35,428 bases of DNA, from NCBI GenBank assembly GCA_018829455.1, contig JAHJUB010000002.1:1-35428 (forward strand), given 5' to 3'. Position numbers and translations under genes: made by a program. The number at the start of each line of letters is the position of its first letter. Position 1 is the stretch's first letter. Source of the DNA: Candidatus Omnitrophota bacterium (GTDB lineage Bacteria > Ratteibacteria > UBA8468 > MWAK01). Under the pieces are notes generated by a model, which saw nothing but the letters and a program-made list of their open reading frames with translations, was not told the DNA's origin and searched no databases. Of this stretch, positions 22,841 to 34,767 are shown piece by piece.

Positions 22841-23311
22841 CTACCACCGATAATGCGCAAAAGCCCGGTTGGCTTCGGCCATGCGGTGAACCTCATCCCG
22901 ACGCTTGATGGTCTCACCTTCGCCCTTGTAAGCATCCAGAAGTTCTCCGGCGAGTTTCTCAAACATCGGTTTTCCCTTACGCTTACGAATTATCTCCAGC
23001 ATCCAGCGGATAGCCAAAGACAAGGAACGGGCCGAGGGAACTTCCATCGGCACCTGGTAGGTGGCGCCGCCGATTCTCCGGCTGCGCACCTCAACCCTGG
23101 GACGGGCATTATCTAAGGCCTTTTTCAAAACGGCGGTTGGATTTTCCTTGGTCTTCTCGCCGATAATGTCCATCGTCCGATAAAAACTGGCGCGGGTAGT
23201 GCTCTTCTTGCCGTCATACATCATCAAATTAACGAATCGGGCAATCTCCAAACTGTTATACTTCGGGTCCGGCAACATCTCTCTTTTACTTGCCTTTCTT
23301 CGTCTTCCCAT
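22841..23311 (-). CDS. rpsG: 30S ribosomal protein S7
   Basis: 156 aa. MGRRRKASKREMLPDPKYNS...ANRAFAHYRW is canonical S7. Confidence 0.97.
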   Translation of the reverse strand: MGRRRKASKREMLPDPKYNSLEIARFVNLMMYDGKKSTTRASFYRTMDIIGEKTKENPTAVLKKALDNARPRVEVRSRRIGGATYQVPMEVPSARSLSLAIRWMLEIIRKRKGKPMFEKLAGELLDAYKGEGETIKRRDEVHRMAEANRAFAHYRW

Positions 23312-23314
23312 AGG

Positions 23315-23701
23315 TTACTCCGCCTTTGTTTGTTTGGGCATCTTGGCGCCGTAACGGCTTCGGCTGGTCTTACGTCCTACCACGCCTACGGCATCATAAA
23401 CTCCGCGCACCAGGTGATATCTGACACTGGGCAAATCCCGAACGCGGCCGCCTCTTACCAGCACGATTGAGTGTTCCTGAAGATTATGGCCGACGCCCGG
23501 AATGTAAGCGATAACTTCTTCTTTATTTGAGAGGCGCACCTTGGCAATTTTACGCAACGCCGAATTGGGCTTTTTGGGCGTCATCGTCTTTACGTAAAGA
23601 CAGACACCGCGCAAAAATGGGTTTCCGTCTAACGCCCGCGCTTTAGAGCGTCTGGAACGCTTCTTTCTACTTCCTCTGACTAACTGGTTTATCGTCGGCA
23701 T
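23315..23701 (-). CDS. rpsL: 30S ribosomal protein S12
   Basis: 128 aa. MPTINQLVR...[10 protein letters not shown]...[15 protein letters not shown] is canonical S12. AAGGAG SD upstream. Confidence 0.97.
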   Translation of the reverse strand: MPTINQLVRGSRKKRSRRSKARALDGNPFLRGVCLYVKTMTPKKPNSALRKIAKVRLSNKEEVIAYIPGVGHNLQEHSIVLVRGGRVRDLPSVRYHLVRGVYDAVGVVGRKTSRSRYGAKMPKQTKAE

Positions 23702-23722
23702 ATTGATTACTCCTTGTTGATG

Positions 23723-23781
23723 GCGACCCGGAAAGTTTATCCGCCGAAGCCAGTTTTTGGCGTAGGCGGGGGTCGCACTAC
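23723..23781. repeat. GTAGTGCGACC-type hairpin unit with insertion in its loop
   Basis: GCGACCC-GGAAAG[34-nt insert with CCGCC...GGCGG hairpin]GGGTCGC-ACTAC. The CTAC contains the rpoBC stop codon (23778-23780). Confidence 0.8.
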
Positions 23782-26700
23782 TTAGCGTCTAAGGGGTTTT
23801 CCCTCTTTTTTGAACCCGAATGCTTTTTGACGCCGGTCTCAGCGTCTAATGGATTTATTGACTCCTTCTTTTTGGAACCCGAATGCTTTTTATCTCCGAA
23901 CTCAGCATTGGCGGATTCCGCTTCTTTATCCTTCATCCGATTCTCCCTGACCGTCCGGAGGAAAAAGCCGGTGCCGGCCGGAATCAACCGTCCCAAAATC
24001 ACGTTTTCCTTGATTCCCAGGAGCGGGTCATCCACCCCCATCAAAGCCGCGTCGGTCAGAACGCGCAGGGTCTCCTGGAATGAAGCGGCGGAAATAAAAC
24101 TTTCACTCGCCAGAGCTACCCGCGTGATACCCATAACCAGGGGCTGCAGTGTGGCCTGTTGTCCACCTTCGGCTTCAATCCGTTCGTTCTCCCGGGTAGC
24201 GCGCACACGGCTGATTGCCTCCCCCTCCAGGAAGAGCGTATCGCCGGGTTTTTCAATACGCACCCGGGAAAGCATCTGACGGATGACTATCTCAATATGC
24301 TTATCGTTCAGGGCAACGCCCTCCAGACGGTAAACCGACTGGATTTCGTTCAGCAGATATTCGTGAACTTTGTGTTCACCGCCGATGCGCAAAAGGTCGT
24401 CAAGATCCACCGCGCCTTCGGTCAGTTTTTCACCAACCTGGACATAAGAACCATCACCCACCAGAAGGTGTTTGTCGAAAGGAATCAGGTAACTCTTGAC
24501 CAGGTCGGAAACAACGCTGGAAATTTTAATCACCCGCTGGTTCTTTTCGTTTATCTCGGTGGATACTTTTCCGTCTATCTCCGAAAGAATGGCCGGATTC
24601 TTAGGCCGCCGCGCTTCAAAAAGTTCGGCAATCCGGGGCAGGCCGCCGGTAATATCCTGAACGCGGCCGGCCAACCGGCGTGGAATACGCGCCAGGTTAT
24701 CGCCGGCCAGCACTTTCTGACCATTCTCCACCATCGGATGCGTATCCACCGGCAAATAATGCGAGTCTATCTTATTCCCGGCGGAATCCCTGACCACAAC
24801 CACCGGCGCAATATCTTCCTTGTGGCTGATGATGACTTTGTGGGAGTGCTTGGAAACTTCATCCAACTCTTCTTTAAAAGTAACACCGAGCTTAAGGCCT
24901 TCGTAACTGGCCACCCCTGACTTTTGCGCCACAATGGGCAGCATGTAGGGGTCGCGCTTCAAGAGCGAAGTCGCTTCTTTTTCCCGGGTTTTGGAATGAA
25001 CAACGTCTCCGTCTTTAACCTGCAGGATGTCGCCAACCTGGGCCAGGTAGTGCTCCACTTCCCGGCCGCGCTCGTCAATCAGCGCTAACTTTGCTCCCCG
25101 ATTCAGAACCACCGTCTGACCCAGCCGGTTAACGGCCGAGGAAAGACCCTGAAATTTAACTTTATAATGAGCCGCTTCTTTTTTATGCTTACTGTCTTTT
25201 TGCTGGCGGACTTTTACCTCAGTTTCGCCCACAATCCGGCTGGCCGTTCCGCCGATATGGAAAGTGCGCAGGGTAAGCTGGGTGCCGGGTTCGCCGATGG
25301 ACTGAGCGGCCACGATACCCACCGCTTCTCCTATTTCAACCATCTTGCCGGTGGCAAGATTCCAGCCGTAGCATTTCTGGCAGAGTCCCCGCGGCGCTTT
25401 ACAGGTTAAAACCGAGCGTATCCGGAACTTTTCAATACCCATCTCCTCAATCTGGGCGGCAATTCTCTCGCTGATCAATTCGTTACTCTCTACAATTACC
25501 TCATCGTTGACAATATCCACAATCCGGTCAACCGCCACCCGGCCGATAATACGGTCACTCAGTGAAACCATCAGCCTTTCTCCATCCCAAACCGGGGTGA
25601 CCATAACGCCGGAATTGGTCTGACAGTCGTCAACGGATATCACCATATCCTGAGAAACGTCAACCAGGCGCCGCGAGAGATACCCGGCGTTAGAAGTTTT
25701 AAGGGCGGTATCAACCAGCCCTTTGCGGCCGCCGTGAGTGGAAATAAAATATTCCATGACCGTAAGGCCTTCCCGGAAGTTGGCGATAACCGGCTGCTCA
25801 ATAATCTCTCCGATGCCGCCGGTAATCTTCTTGGTCGGCCTGGTCATCAAGCCGCGCATGGCCATCAACTGACTCACCTGCTGCTTGTTGCCGCGGGCTC
25901 CGGATTGAACCATCAGATAGATGGGATTAATCAAGAATTTATCTTCCAGGTCACTCTTCAGCGAGGCAAAAAGATGCTCGCTCAAGCGGCTGGTGCAGGA
26001 GGTCCAGGTGTCAACAACCTTATGGTAGCGTTCGCCTTCGGTAATGATACCCTTACGGTAATCACTCTCAATCCGATGCACCTCTTTCGCGGTGGTTTCC
26101 ACCAGTTCTTTTTTGTTCTTCGGAATCGCCAGGTCGCGAATACCGATGGTCAGGCCGGAGCGGGTGGCAATCTGAAAACCAACATCCTTTGCCCGGTCCA
26201 GGAACCGGGCTGTTTGTTCGTAACCAAAACGGTTGTAAATTGTCTTAATCATCCGGCCCAGAATCTTGCCGTCCACCAAATTATCATGATATTCCATGCC
26301 GCCGGGTAAAAGTTCATTGAAAAGAATACGGCCCGGCGTAGTCTCAATAATCTGGCCATGCATTCTAACCCGGACCGGCTGGTGATAGGAAAGATATTCG
26401 GCGTCCAACTTCCTTAAAACCTCATCGGCGCCGGCGTAAACGGCAAATTTCCCCTCCTCCGGAGAAAGGGTGTTGTTTTCAAGAGTCAGGTAATAACAGC
26501 CCAGGAGCGCTTCCCGGCTCAGGTTGATGATGGGCTTGCCGCTGGACGGGGAGAAAATATGCGTTGACGCATTCAGTATCAGCTGGGCCTCCAGCTGCGC
26601 CTCTACGGAAAGCGGCACGTGGACCGCCATCTGGTCACCGTCAAAATCCGCGTTAAAGGCGGTGCAAACCAGCGGGTGAAGTTTAATTACGTTTTCCTCA

Positions 26701-29700
26701 ATCAACCGCGGGTAAAAAGCCTGAATGCTCAACCGGTGTAAAGTCGGCTGCCGGTTAAGGAGAATCGGGTGGTTGCGGGTCACATCTTCCAGAATTTCCC
26801 AAACTTCCGGGTCGTTCCGTTCCAGGGCTCTTTTGGCGCTGCTGATGGTATGAACGTATTCCCGGCGCCTTAATTCTCTTAAGATGAAGGGCGCAAATAA
26901 CTCCAGGGCCATATGCTTGGGCAGCCCGCATTCGCTCAACTTCAAGTCCGGGCCAACGACAACCACGGCTCTTCCGGAATAGTCAACCCGCTTACCGAGA
27001 AGGTTCTGGCGGAAGCGCCCCTGTTTGCCGCGCAGCGTATCGGCCAGTGATTTCAGGGGACGGCTGTTCCGACCCAGAACCTGCGGTCCGTGCCGGCCGT
27101 TATCAAAGAGGGCGTCAACCGCCTCCTGGAGCATCCGTTTTTCATTGCGGATGATGATATCAGGCGCATGCAGTTTCAACAACCGCTTAAGCCGGTTATT
27201 CCGGTTGATGATACGCTGATAGAGGTCATTAAGGTCGGAAGTGGCAAACCGGCCGCCTTCCAGAGGAAGCAGCGGTCTTAAATCAGGCGGAATGACCGGA
27301 ATAACGTCCGTAATCATCCATTCCGGCCTGGTGTTGGTGCGCAGCAAGCCGTCAACGATCTTCAACTTCTTGATGATTGCCCGGCGTTGCCCCTGGCTGG
27401 AACGAATCTTAATAAGTTCTTTCTGCAGGACGTCTTTTTCTTTCTCCAGATTAATATCCTCCAGCAATTCCTTGATAGCCAGCGCGCCAATTTCCGCCTT
27501 TAGTTTCGGAAATTTGACCAGCGTCTCCCGATATTCCTTTTCGGTAATCAGGTCTTTCACCTGGTGCGGGCTGTCGGCCGGGTCCAGAACCAGATATCGC
27601 TCAAAATAGAGCACTAATTCCAGATGGTTCTGGGACATATCCAGCAGGGTGCCCATCCAGTTGGAAACAGATTTAAAGATCCAGACGTAACTAACGCAAG
27701 TCGCCAATGGAATATGACCCGCCCGGGTGCGCCGGACATCCGAAGTGGTCACTTCCACACCGCACCGGTCGCAGACAGTGCCCCGGTATTTAACCTTCTT
27801 ATACTTGCCGCAGGCGCATTCCCAGTCTTTAACCGGACCAAAAATCTTTTCACAGAAGAGGCCGTCTTTTTCGGCCTTAAACGTACGGTAGTTTATCGTC
27901 TCCGGTTTCTTGATTTCGCCGTGCGAAGATGACCTTACCACCTCCGGGGACGCCAGGGAAATGGATACCACCTCCTTTTCTCCGGTCTTCTTAACCAGTT
28001 TAATGTCAAAACCCAGACCCTTCAACTCGCTCATCAAAACGTTGAATGACTCCGGGGATTGGTAGTAATCAAAATCCCGGTCCTTGACGATATTCTCATA
28101 AACTTTCTTCCGGCCCTGGATATCATCGCTCTTCACCGTCAGGATTTCCTGCAGGATATTGCTGGCGCCGTAACCTTCCAGAGCCCAGACTTCCATTTCG
28201 CCGAAGCGCTGACCCCCGAATTGAGCCCGGCCGCCCAAAGGCTGCTGGGTCACCATGGAATACGAACCGACGCTGCGGGCGTGAATCTTGTCGTCCGCCA
28301 GGTGGTAAAGTTTCATCATGTAAATATAGCCGCAGGTGGTCTTTACGTCAAAAGGATTACCGGTTACACCGTCGTAAAGTTGAATCTTGCCGTCTGCCGG
28401 CAGGCCCGCCTTCAGAAGCAGTCCGCTAATTTGCTCTTCGCTGGCGCTGTTAAAGATCGGGGTCTCCACCGAAAAACCGAGGGTTTTAGCCGCCCACCCC
28501 AGATGGGTTTCCAAAATCTGACCCACGTTCATTCGGGAGGGAACGCCTAAGGGATTAAGAACCACGTCAACCGGTGTTCCGTCCGGCAAAAACGGCAGGT
28601 CCTCCTCCGGAACAATGCGGGCGATTACGCCCTTGTTTCCGTGCCGGCCGGACATCTTGTCGCCGACGGAAACCGGCTTTTTAATCGCGACCTGAACCAC
28701 GACCTTCCGGACCACGTCGGTACCTAATTCGTCGCCCTGCTTGATGTGTTGAATCTCGCGCTTGGCTTCTTTCTTTATCTCTTCCAGGCGCTTTTCGAGT
28801 TTCTCACAAAGAGAATTCAACGCTTTTTGCTTTTCCGAGTTGGACGTTTTGAGGGATAAGAGAGCGGAAAGCGATGGTTTTTCCTTGATTTTCTGCTGCG
28901 GCAAAATTTCCATCACGCGACGGCCGGCTTGCTTCTGGAGCTGGTCGGTGAGTTCCTTCCGGCGTTTCTCCACCTCACTAATCATAACCTGCCGCTTACT
29001 TTCCTCCTCCGTTGATTTCTCTTTGTCGGAAACCCGTTCAAACTTACGAACATCTACCACGATTCCCGAAATACCCGGCGGAGCGTAAAGTGATGTATTA
29101 TCAACTTCTCGGGCCTTCTCTCCGAAGATTACGCGCAGAAGACGCTCTTCCGGGGTCAGTTCTGTTTCGCTTCTGGGTGTAACCTTGCCGACCAGAATAT
29201 CGTTAGGTTTTATGTGGGCGCCGACCCGGATAATACCCTCTTCATCCAGATTAGCCAGGGTCTCTTCTCCTACATTGGGGATGTCACGGGTAATCTCTTC
29301 CACCCCTAATTCCGTTTCCCGCGCTTCCGATTCAAACTCCTTGATGTGAATGGAAGTAAACGTGTCGTCTTTAACCAGTCGTTCGCTGAGTACGATCGCA
29401 TCCTCAAAGTTATATCCGCGCCAGGGCAGAAAAGCCACCAGGACGTTCTGGCCGAGAGCCAACTGACCGCTCGCATCCACCGCCGGACCGTCAGAAATCA
29501 AATCACCTTTCTTGATCTTTTGGCCCGCCTGCACCAACGGCCGCTGATTGAAAACAGTATCCTGGTTAAGATGCTGAAATTTTAAGAGCTGGTATGTCTT
29601 TTCGGTTTCCAGGTCTTCCGGTTTATTTTGTTCGGCGGAGATTACAATTTTAGAACCATCCACGTAGGTAACCACACCATCTTCTTCGGCCTTGACGATT

Positions 29701-31595
29701 ACGCCGGAATCCCGGACCACCACGCTTTCAATGCCGGTTTTAACCAGGGGCGAAGACGGCCTTAACAAAGGCAGCGCCTGGCGCTGCATATTAGAACCCA
29801 TCAGGGCGCGGTTGGCATCATCATGTTCCAGGAAAGGGATGAGGGAAGTGGAGACGCTTACCACCTGACGGGCGGAAACATCAATGAAGTCCACTTTTTC
29901 CACCGGAAATTTGGGGAAAATACCGCGGTAACGGACCAGGACTTCTTTTTCAATAATTTTGCCGTTTTGATCTAACTGGGTGCTGGCCGGAGCAATACGA
30001 TAATTATCCTCTTCGTCGGCCGAAAGATATTTGATTTCATCTATCACTACGCCATTTTTTACGACCCGGTAAGGGGACCGCAAGAAACCGAGTTTATCCA
30101 CCCGGGCATAGGTAGCCAGCGAAGTAAGAATACCGATATTACCGCCTTCCGGGGTTTCAATCGGGCAGATGCGTCCGTAATGGGTGTAATGAACGTCACG
30201 CACTTCAAATCCGATGCGTTTACGTTCGGAAAATACCCCTTCGCCGATCGCGGTCAGACGCCTTTTATGCGTAAGTTCCGCAAGAGGGTTGGTCTGGTCC
30301 ACTAACTGCGAATAGGGACTTCGGGCAAAAAAGTCTTTAATGGCTGAGGAAAAATTGCGGCTGTTTACCAATTCCTGCGGGGTCACTTCTTCCGTTTTGG
30401 AAAAATTAAGACGGTCCTGGACCAACCGGGCCAGCCGGGATAAACCGATTTCCACTTGTTCGGCCACTAATTCTCCGACCATCCGCACCCGCTTGTTGCC
30501 CAGATGATCAATATCGTCTACCGAATAGACCATCTGCGCATTGCCTATTTCGGATTTATCCTCTCCCTGCTTTGCATCAAGGTCACCGAACTCACCGGAC
30601 GCAAAATCCTGATTTTGATACAACCCGAAAAGATAAGACAGTGTGCCGATAACATCTTCTTTTTCCAGAACAAGTTCCTGGGAAGAACGTTTTAACTTCT
30701 TGTTTAGTTGGCTGCGTCCGGCTTCGGAAAGAGCATACGTTTCAGGAAAAAAGAAAAGGTGGGTAAAGAAATCGCCGGCTTTCTTCTTGCTGATCGGGTC
30801 TCCGGGTCGAAAAAGACTGTATATTTCCAACAGCGCCTCTTCCTGGCCGGCCAGGGGTTTCCGCTCCAGGGTATTCTTCCAAAGTTCGTAACCATCCCCG
30901 CTAACTGTTCCTTTCGGAAAAAATAGTTTGGTCAGTTCTGCCTTGTCGTTATACCCGAGAGCCGAAAAAAAGGTTGACGCTGAAACCTTCTTTTTGCCCA
31001 GGTGGGCGTAAAGAATGTTCCCGCCGTCGGAACGAAATTCCAGCCACATGCCCCGCTTGGAGACGATGCGCGCCGAATACTCCCGGGGAGAGGAATTTTC
31101 TTCCTTAAAATAGACTCCGGGCGAACGCTGGAGGCGGGAAATGATAACGCGTTCCACGCCGTTGATAATAAACGTCCCGCGTTCGGTCATCAATGGTATT
31201 TGGCCTAAAAATACTTCGTGACCGTGTTTTGTTTCCCGCACCTGGATAAGTTCACCGGTCTCTTTGGAACGCCGGATAATGCGCAGACAAATACGCAGGG
31301 CGGAGCCGTAGGTTAAACCGGCCAGCTTGCATTCCGCAATGGAATGGGCCGCCGGTTCCAGAAGGTAATATCCGTATTCCAGGCTCAGCGTGCCGTTGTT
31401 ACTGACAATCGGAAAATTTTTTCGAAAAACTCCCTCCAGTCCCTGGTCCTTCCGCAATGCTCGGTCTGCGCCTTTCTCTTTCGGGGATATTTGGAGAAAT
31501 TCATGGTAGGAATTTAACTGTGCAACCAAAAGATTGGGGATTTCCAATTCTTTAAAATCTTTCTTGCCGCAGTAAAGAGATTCCGCTTTTTTCAT
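23778..31595 (-). CDS. rpoBC: Fused DNA-directed RNA polymerase beta-beta' subunit (RpoB-RpoC single polypeptide, 2605 aa)
   Basis: A single uninterrupted ORF. The beta portion ends ...[19 protein letters not shown] (residue 1200, codon 27996-27998). An 11-aa linker [11 protein letters not shown] follows. Beta' homology then begins at [62 protein letters not shown] and the other beta' motifs are present. Confidence 0.95.
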   Translation of the reverse strand: MKKAESLYCGKKDFKELEIPNLLVAQLNSYHEFLQISPKEKGADRALRKDQGLEGVFRKNFPIVSNNGTLSLEYGYYLLEPAAHSIAECKLAGLTYGSALRICLRIIRRSKETGELIQVRETKHGHEVFLGQIPLMTERGTFIINGVERVIISRLQRSPGVYFKEENSSPREYSARIVSKRGMWLEFRSDGGNILYAHLGKKKVSASTFFSALGYNDKAELTKLFFPKGTVSGDGYELWKNTLERKPLAGQEEALLEIYSLFRPGDPISKKKAGDFFTHLFFFPETYALSEAGRSQLNKKLKRSSQELVLEKEDVIGTLSYLFGLYQNQDFASGEFGDLDAKQGEDKSEIGNAQMVYSVDDIDHLGNKRVRMVGELVAEQVEIGLSRLARLVQDRLNFSKTEEVTPQELVNSRNFSSAIKDFFARSPYSQLVDQTNPLAELTHKRRLTAIGEGVFSERKRIGFEVRDVHYTHYGRICPIETPEGGNIGILTSLATYARVDKLGFLRSPYRVVKNGVVIDEIKYLSADEEDNYRIAPASTQLDQNGKIIEKEVLVRYRGIFPKFPVEKVDFIDVSARQVVSVSTSLIPFLEHDDANRALMGSNMQRQALPLLRPSSPLVKTGIESVVVRDSGVIVKAEEDGVVTYVDGSKIVISAEQNKPEDLETEKTYQLLKFQHLNQDTVFNQRPLVQAGQKIKKGDLISDGPAVDASGQLALGQNVLVAFLPWRGYNFEDAIVLSERLVKDDTFTSIHIKEFESEARETELGVEEITRDIPNVGEETLANLDEEGIIRVGAHIKPNDILVGKVTPRSETELTPEERLLRVIFGEKAREVDNTSLYAPPGISGIVVDVRKFERVSDKEKSTEEESKRQVMISEVEKRRKELTDQLQKQAGRRVMEILPQQKIKEKPSLSALLSLKTSNSEKQKALNSLCEKLEKRLEEIKKEAKREIQHIKQGDELGTDVVRKVVVQVAIKKPVSVGDKMSGRHGNKGVIARIVPEEDLPFLPDGTPVDVVLNPLGVPSRMNVGQILETHLGWAAKTLGFSVETPIFNSASEEQISGLLLKAGLPADGKIQLYDGVTGNPFDVKTTCGYIYMMKLYHLADDKIHARSVGSYSMVTQQPLGGRAQFGGQRFGEMEVWALEGYGASNILQEILTVKSDDIQGRKKVYENIVKDRDFDYYQSPESFNVLMSELKGLGFDIKLVKKTGEKEVVSISLASPEVVRSSSHGEIKKPETINYRTFKAEKDGLFCEKIFGPVKDWECACGKYKKVKYRGTVCDRCGVEVTTSDVRRTRAGHIPLATCVSYVWIFKSVSNWMGTLLDMSQNHLELVLYFERYLVLDPADSPHQVKDLITEKEYRETLVKFPKLKAEIGALAIKELLEDINLEKEKDVLQKELIKIRSSQGQRRAIIKKLKIVDGLLRTNTRPEWMITDVIPVIPPDLRPLLPLEGGRFATSDLNDLYQRIINRNNRLKRLLKLHAPDIIIRNEKRMLQEAVDALFDNGRHGPQVLGRNSRPLKSLADTLRGKQGRFRQNLLGKRVDYSGRAVVVVGPDLKLSECGLPKHMALELFAPFILRELRRREYVHTISSAKRALERNDPEVWEILEDVTRNHPILLNRQPTLHRLSIQAFYPRLIEENVIKLHPLVCTAFNADFDGDQMAVHVPLSVEAQLEAQLILNASTHIFSPSSGKPIINLSREALLGCYYLTLENNTLSPEEGKFAVYAGADEVLRKLDAEYLSYHQPVRVRMHGQIIETTPGRILFNELLPGGMEYHDNLVDGKILGRMIKTIYNRFGYEQTARFLDRAKDVGFQIATRSGLTIGIRDLAIPKNKKELVETTAKEVHRIESDYRKGIITEGERYHKVVDTWTSCTSRLSEHLFASLKSDLEDKFLINPIYLMVQSGARGNKQQVSQLMAMRGLMTRPTKKITGGIGEIIEQPVIANFREGLTVMEYFISTHGGRKGLVDTALKTSNAGYLSRRLVDVSQDMVISVDDCQTNSGVMVTPVWDGERLMVSLSDRIIGRVAVDRIVDIVNDEVIVESNELISERIAAQIEEMGIEKFRIRSVLTCKAPRGLCQKCYGWNLATGKMVEIGEAVGIVAAQSIGEPGTQLTLRTFHIGGTASRIVGETEVKVRQQKDSKHKKEAAHYKVKFQGLSSAVNRLGQTVVLNRGAKLALIDERGREVEHYLAQVGDILQVKDGDVVHSKTREKEATSLLKRDPYMLPIVAQKSGVASYEGLKLGVTFKEELDEVSKHSHKVIISHKEDIAPVVVVRDSAGNKIDSHYLPVDTHPMVENGQKVLAGDNLARIPRRLAGRVQDITGGLPRIAELFEARRPKNPAILSEIDGKVSTEINEKNQRVIKISSVVSDLVKSYLIPFDKHLLVGDGSYVQVGEKLTEGAVDLDDLLRIGGEHKVHEYLLNEIQSVYRLEGVALNDKHIEIVIRQMLSRVRIEKPGDTLFLEGEAISRVRATRENERIEAEGGQQATLQPLVMGITRVALASESFISAASFQETLRVLTDAALMGVDDPLLGIKENVILGRLIPAGTGFFLRTVRENRMKDKEAESANAEFGDKKHSGSKKKESINPLDAETGVKKHSGSKKRENPLDAK

Positions 31596-31623
31596 ATTTT
31601 AAATTCTTTCGAATTAAAACATT

Positions 31624-31748
31624 GTAGGGAGGCAACCCGGAAAGGGTCGCACTACGAAAGAAACAGGCAGAACGCCTGTCCTACGTTTGGGAGGGGACGA
31701 AGCCCCTCCCCTACATTACGACGCGGGTTAAATAACTCCGGCCCCTAC
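31624..31748. repeat. Array of 4-5 GTAG-headed hairpin units between rplL and rpoBC
   Basis: Units at 31624-31655, 31663-31684 (ACAGGCAGAACGCCTGTCCTAC), 31689-31714 (GGGAGGGGACGAAGCCCCTCCCCTAC) and a degenerate GTAGGGG head at 31745-31748 that contains the rplL stop. Confidence 0.85.
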
Positions 31749-32146
31749 TTTAATTCTACCTTGGCGCCCACCGCCTCTAACTTCTTCTTAATCTCTTCTG
31801 CTTCCTCTTTACTGACATTCTCTTTAACGGGCTTGGGCGCTGCCTCTACCAGGTCCTTGGATTCCTTAAGGCCCAGGTTGGTAATCGCTCTTACTTCCTT
31901 GATTACCGGAATCTTGTTAGGACCCACGTCGGAAAGAATTACGGTAAAGGTCGTCTTCTCTTCTGCGGCAGCCGGAGCAGCCCCCGCTGCGTCCGTCGCG
32001 GCGGCGCCACCCGCCGGAACCGCCATCACCGCGCTCACGCCAAACTTTTCTTCCAACAACTTGGTTAGTTCGGACAACTCAAGCACGGAAAGACCGGCAA
32101 TCGCTGAAACTAATTCTTCTTTCCCCATTTTTGCTCCTTCGGCCAT
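31745..32146 (-). CDS. rplL: 50S ribosomal protein L7/L12
   Basis: The Ala-rich hinge and the C-terminal KEAKDLVE-like region ([41 protein letters not shown]) identify it. Two SD-preceded ATGs (32146 and 32128) are both plausible starts. Confidence 0.95.
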   Translation of the reverse strand: MAEGAKMGKEELVSAIAGLSVLELSELTKLLEEKFGVSAVMAVPAGGAAATDAAGAAPAAAEEKTTFTVILSDVGPNKIPVIKEVRAITNLGLKESKDLVEAAPKPVKENVSKEEAEEIKKKLEAVGAKVELK

Positions 32147-32177
32147 TTTTATCTCCTTTTATTTTCCGGTATTTCTG

Positions 32178-32699
32178 TTAATTATCCTTCTGCTCGGCGA
32201 TCTGTTTCAGGACAGACACGAATTTCTGCGGCACCGCCTTCAGGGTAAAAAGAAATTGATAGATGGGACCTGACACCCCGGCGCAAAACCGGGATAGAAT
32301 AACTTCCCGATTGGGAAGTTTTGCCAGGCGATCCAACTGCACTATGGAAATAACTGCGCCGTTTTGATAACCACCACGGAAAACCAGCGGAACAGCCTTT
32401 TCCTTATTAAAACCATAAATTGCTCTGACCAGGGAAACTTCGTCCTTCCCGGAAAACAGAATGATGCCGGTTGGCCCGACAATTAGATTTTCGCTCTCGG
32501 AAAGGTCGAGTCCTTCCAGCGCCCGCTGGAAGAAGGTATTTTTAACTACCTTAAAAGCGCCTTCTGTTTTTTTCACGGCGCTCCGGAATATCGTCATCTC
32601 CGCCACCGCCACACCCGAAAATCCCACAAAAATAATAAATTTGGCTTCTTTTATTTTCGCGCGCAACGATTCTACCGCGGCAATCTTCTCTGCTTTCAT
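32178..32699 (-). CDS. rplJ: 50S ribosomal protein L10
   Basis: 173 aa in the conserved position upstream of rplL, with a typical L10 N-terminus (KIAAVESLRAKIKEAK...FVGFSGV). Confidence 0.93.
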   Translation of the reverse strand: MKAEKIAAVESLRAKIKEAKFIIFVGFSGVAVAEMTIFRSAVKKTEGAFKVVKNTFFQRALEGLDLSESENLIVGPTGIILFSGKDEVSLVRAIYGFNKEKAVPLVFRGGYQNGAVISIVQLDRLAKLPNREVILSRFCAGVSGPIYQFLFTLKAVPQKFVSVLKQIAEQKDN

Positions 32700-32735
32700 C
32701 GTTTTGTTTAGGTAATTTTTTACACGTTACTAATT

Positions 32736-32785
32736 GTAGGGGCTTGATTTATCAAGCCCGCGGGCGCCATGAATGGCGCCCCTAC
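32736..32785. repeat. GTAG-headed hairpin doublet, 50 nt, between rplA and rplJ
   Basis: GTAGGGG-CTTGATTTATCAAG-CCCGCGGG-CGCCATGAATGGCG-CCCCTAC. The CTAC contains the rplA stop codon (32782-32784). Confidence 0.9.
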
Positions 32786-33465
32786 GTTACTTTAATAATT
32801 AGCGAAGGACCCATCGTAGTGCTGAGGTAGGCCCGTTTCAGAAACTGTCCCCTGACCACACTGGGCGCAGCAGCGTTAATAGCATCCAGGGCCGATTTCA
32901 GATTTTCGGAAAGTGCCTGCTCTTCAAAGGATATTTTTCCGATGGGAAGGTGCACGTTGCCTCCCTTATCCATCCTGAAATCCACGCGCCCGGCTTTTAA
33001 TTCCTTGATGGTCTGTCCGGTTGTAGTCGTAACCGTGCCGTTTTTCGGGCTGGGCATCAAGCCGCGCGGTCCCAAAATCTTTCCCAGCCGGGCCACGTCT
33101 TTCAAGCAGTCCGGAGTGGTAACCGCCACGTCAAAATCGGTCCAGCCTCCGGAAATTTTGGCTATGTATTCATCAAGACCCGCAAAATCGGCGCCGGCTT
33201 CCGTTGCCTCAGCCACCTGCGCTTCCTTAACCAGAGCCAGTATCCGCACCTTTTTGCCGGTTCCGTGTGGGAGCGCCGCAGTCCCTCTCACCACCAATTC
33301 GCCCTTCTTAAGGTCAACTCCAAGCCGGCAGGCAAGTTCCACGGTTTCATCAAACTTAGCGGCTTTGACCTCTTTCAGGGCAGCAATTGCCTCCGCGCCG
33401 GAATAAACCTTCTCCGGTTCCACCTTTTTGCTTCCTTCCTGATAACGCTTTGAATGCTTTTTCAT
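32782..33465 (-). CDS. rplA: 50S ribosomal protein L1
   Basis: 227 aa. [22 protein letters not shown] and GPRGLMP are canonical L1. It overlaps the rplK stop by 4 nt. Confidence 0.96.
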   Translation of the reverse strand: MKKHSKRYQEGSKKVEPEKVYSGAEAIAALKEVKAAKFDETVELACRLGVDLKKGELVVRGTAALPHGTGKKVRILALVKEAQVAEATEAGADFAGLDEYIAKISGGWTDFDVAVTTPDCLKDVARLGKILGPRGLMPSPKNGTVTTTTGQTIKELKAGRVDFRMDKGGNVHLPIGKISFEEQALSENLKSALDAINAAAPSVVRGQFLKRAYLSTTMGPSLIIKVT

Positions 33466-33887
33466 GATTTTACCTCTAAGCCCATGCTCCGCGCTGTTCC
33501 TTCAATAATCTTGACGGCCGCTTCCAATTTATCGGCATTCAAATCAACCATCTTTATCCGGGCAATCTCGGCAACTTGCTCCCGGGTAACGCTGCCAACC
33601 ACTTCTTTTCCAGCCGTTCCGCTGCCCTTCGCCAGACTGGCGGCCTTCTTCAGAAGGTCTGATGCCGGAGGGGTCTTTATTTTATAAGTAAAAGAGCGGT
33701 CCTCGTAAATAGTGATAACCGCCGGGAAGATGGTCCCTTCCTTGCCGCGGGTTGCTTCGTTATAAGACTTGCAGAACTCCATAATATTAACCCCGTGCGG
33801 ACCCAGGGCTGTTCCGACTGGCGGCGCCGGCGTAGCCTGTCCGGCCGGGAGCTGTAATTTTACAACCGTTTTTATTTTCTTTGCCAT
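33462..33887 (-). CDS. rplK: 50S ribosomal protein L11
   Basis: 141 aa. [31 protein letters not shown] is canonical L11. Confidence 0.96.
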   Translation of the reverse strand: MAKKIKTVVKLQLPAGQATPAPPVGTALGPHGVNIMEFCKSYNEATRGKEGTIFPAVITIYEDRSFTYKIKTPPASDLLKKAASLAKGSGTAGKEVVGSVTREQVAEIARIKMVDLNADKLEAAVKIIEGTARSMGLEVKS

Positions 33888-33924
33888 AAATTAATTGGAC
33901 GCTGATTTTCGCAGATAAAAATTG

Positions 33925-33980
33925 GTAGTTGCCGAGCTTGCTCGGCGCGGTTAACAGAGCCCGGCAAGCCGGGCGACTAC
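33925..33980. repeat. GTAG-headed hairpin doublet (GTAGTyGCC subtype) between nusG and rplK
   Basis: GTAGTTGCCGAGCTTGCTCGGC, a spacer, then the reverse complement of GTAGTCGCCCGGCTTGCCGGGCTC. An orphan GTAGTTGCTGAG head lies at 33999. Confidence 0.88.
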
Positions 33981-34012
33981 AAATAATACCAAGATACTGT
34001 AGTTGCTGAGAA

Positions 34013-34534
34013 TTACACCTTTTCAACCTGCCACATATCCAGCTCAACCATGGTAGACCGACCGAAAATAGAAACGCTTACCTTGATTTTTTCTTTATCT
34101 AAAATCACTTCCTCCACCAAACCGGCGAAATTCAGGAACGGGCCTTCTCTGATTTCAACCCGGTCGCCCTTGTTAAACTCAAACCGGGGAGCCGGCTTCT
34201 CTTTTCTTTCTTCCACCAGAGAAAAAACGTTAGCCACCTCGCTCTCCGAAAGAGCGTCCGGGCTGGCATCACTACCTAACACATCCAGCACCCCGGGTAA
34301 GATCCGGATGCTGTGGACAATCTCTTTTGAGGGCTCCACCTCCACCATGATATAACCGGGCATAAGAAATTGCGTTTTACTCTCTTTCTTTCCTTCTTTA
34401 ACATCCTGCACCTGTTCCGTCGGCAGGAGAATCTGTTTTACGCTTTCCGGAAATTCCGTCTGCAAATTTTCCAAAAAACGTTTTACCTTTTTTTCGTGAT
34501 TGCTGCGTACGTGAAGAACATACCAGTTAGCCAT
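34013..34534 (-). CDS. nusG: Transcription termination/antitermination factor NusG
   Basis: 173 aa with the WYVLHVRSNHEKKV NGN start and a C-terminal KOW (GDRVEIREGPFLNFAGLVEEV). Confidence 0.95.
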   Translation of the reverse strand: MANWYVLHVRSNHEKKVKRFLENLQTEFPESVKQILLPTEQVQDVKEGKKESKTQFLMPGYIMVEVEPSKEIVHSIRILPGVLDVLGSDASPDALSESEVANVFSLVEERKEKPAPRFEFNKGDRVEIREGPFLNFAGLVEEVILDKEKIKVSVSIFGRSTMVELDMWQVEKV

Positions 34535-34538
34535 AAAT

Positions 34539-34739
34539 TTAAAATTTACTCAGAAAAAGCTGAACTATTTTTGAGAATATGGCGTCTATGATTCCGGCAA
34601 ACAAAGCCAGCATGATTGTCAACGCCAACACAAAAAAGATCAACTGCTTTAAAACTGTCTTTTTGGGCCAGGATATCCGGCGGAACTCCAGTTTAACCCC
34701 ATCAAAATATTCCTTGAATCCCTGGAGTATTTTATTCAT
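34539..34739 (-). CDS. secE: Preprotein translocase subunit SecE
   Basis: 66 aa from ATG 34739 (MNKILQGFKEYFDGVKLEFRRISWPKK..., then a single TM), immediately upstream of nusG. The longer track ORF extends through a repeat element. Confidence 0.88.
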   Translation of the reverse strand: MNKILQGFKEYFDGVKLEFRRISWPKKTVLKQLIFFVLALTIMLALFAGIIDAIFSKIVQLFLSKF

Positions 34740-34767
34740 AAAATGTGGTTTCCAAACTGTATTTACT

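Noticed and set aside
24159-24920. Long antisense ORFs inside rpoBC (253 aa here, plus 25734-26309, 28059-28550 and others) and inside ftsZ (2007-2654)
   Set aside because: They lie opposite strongly conserved coding sequence and have no recognisable motifs. Long antisense frames of this kind are a typical artefact in conserved genes.
32700-32781. Classical L10 (rplJ) leader or L1/L11 autoregulatory leader structures in the rplA-rplJ and nusG-rplK gaps
   Set aside because: Both gaps are largely filled by GTAG hairpin doublets. I could not recognise the 23S-mimic motifs by eye. An Rfam scan would be needed, so no call is made.
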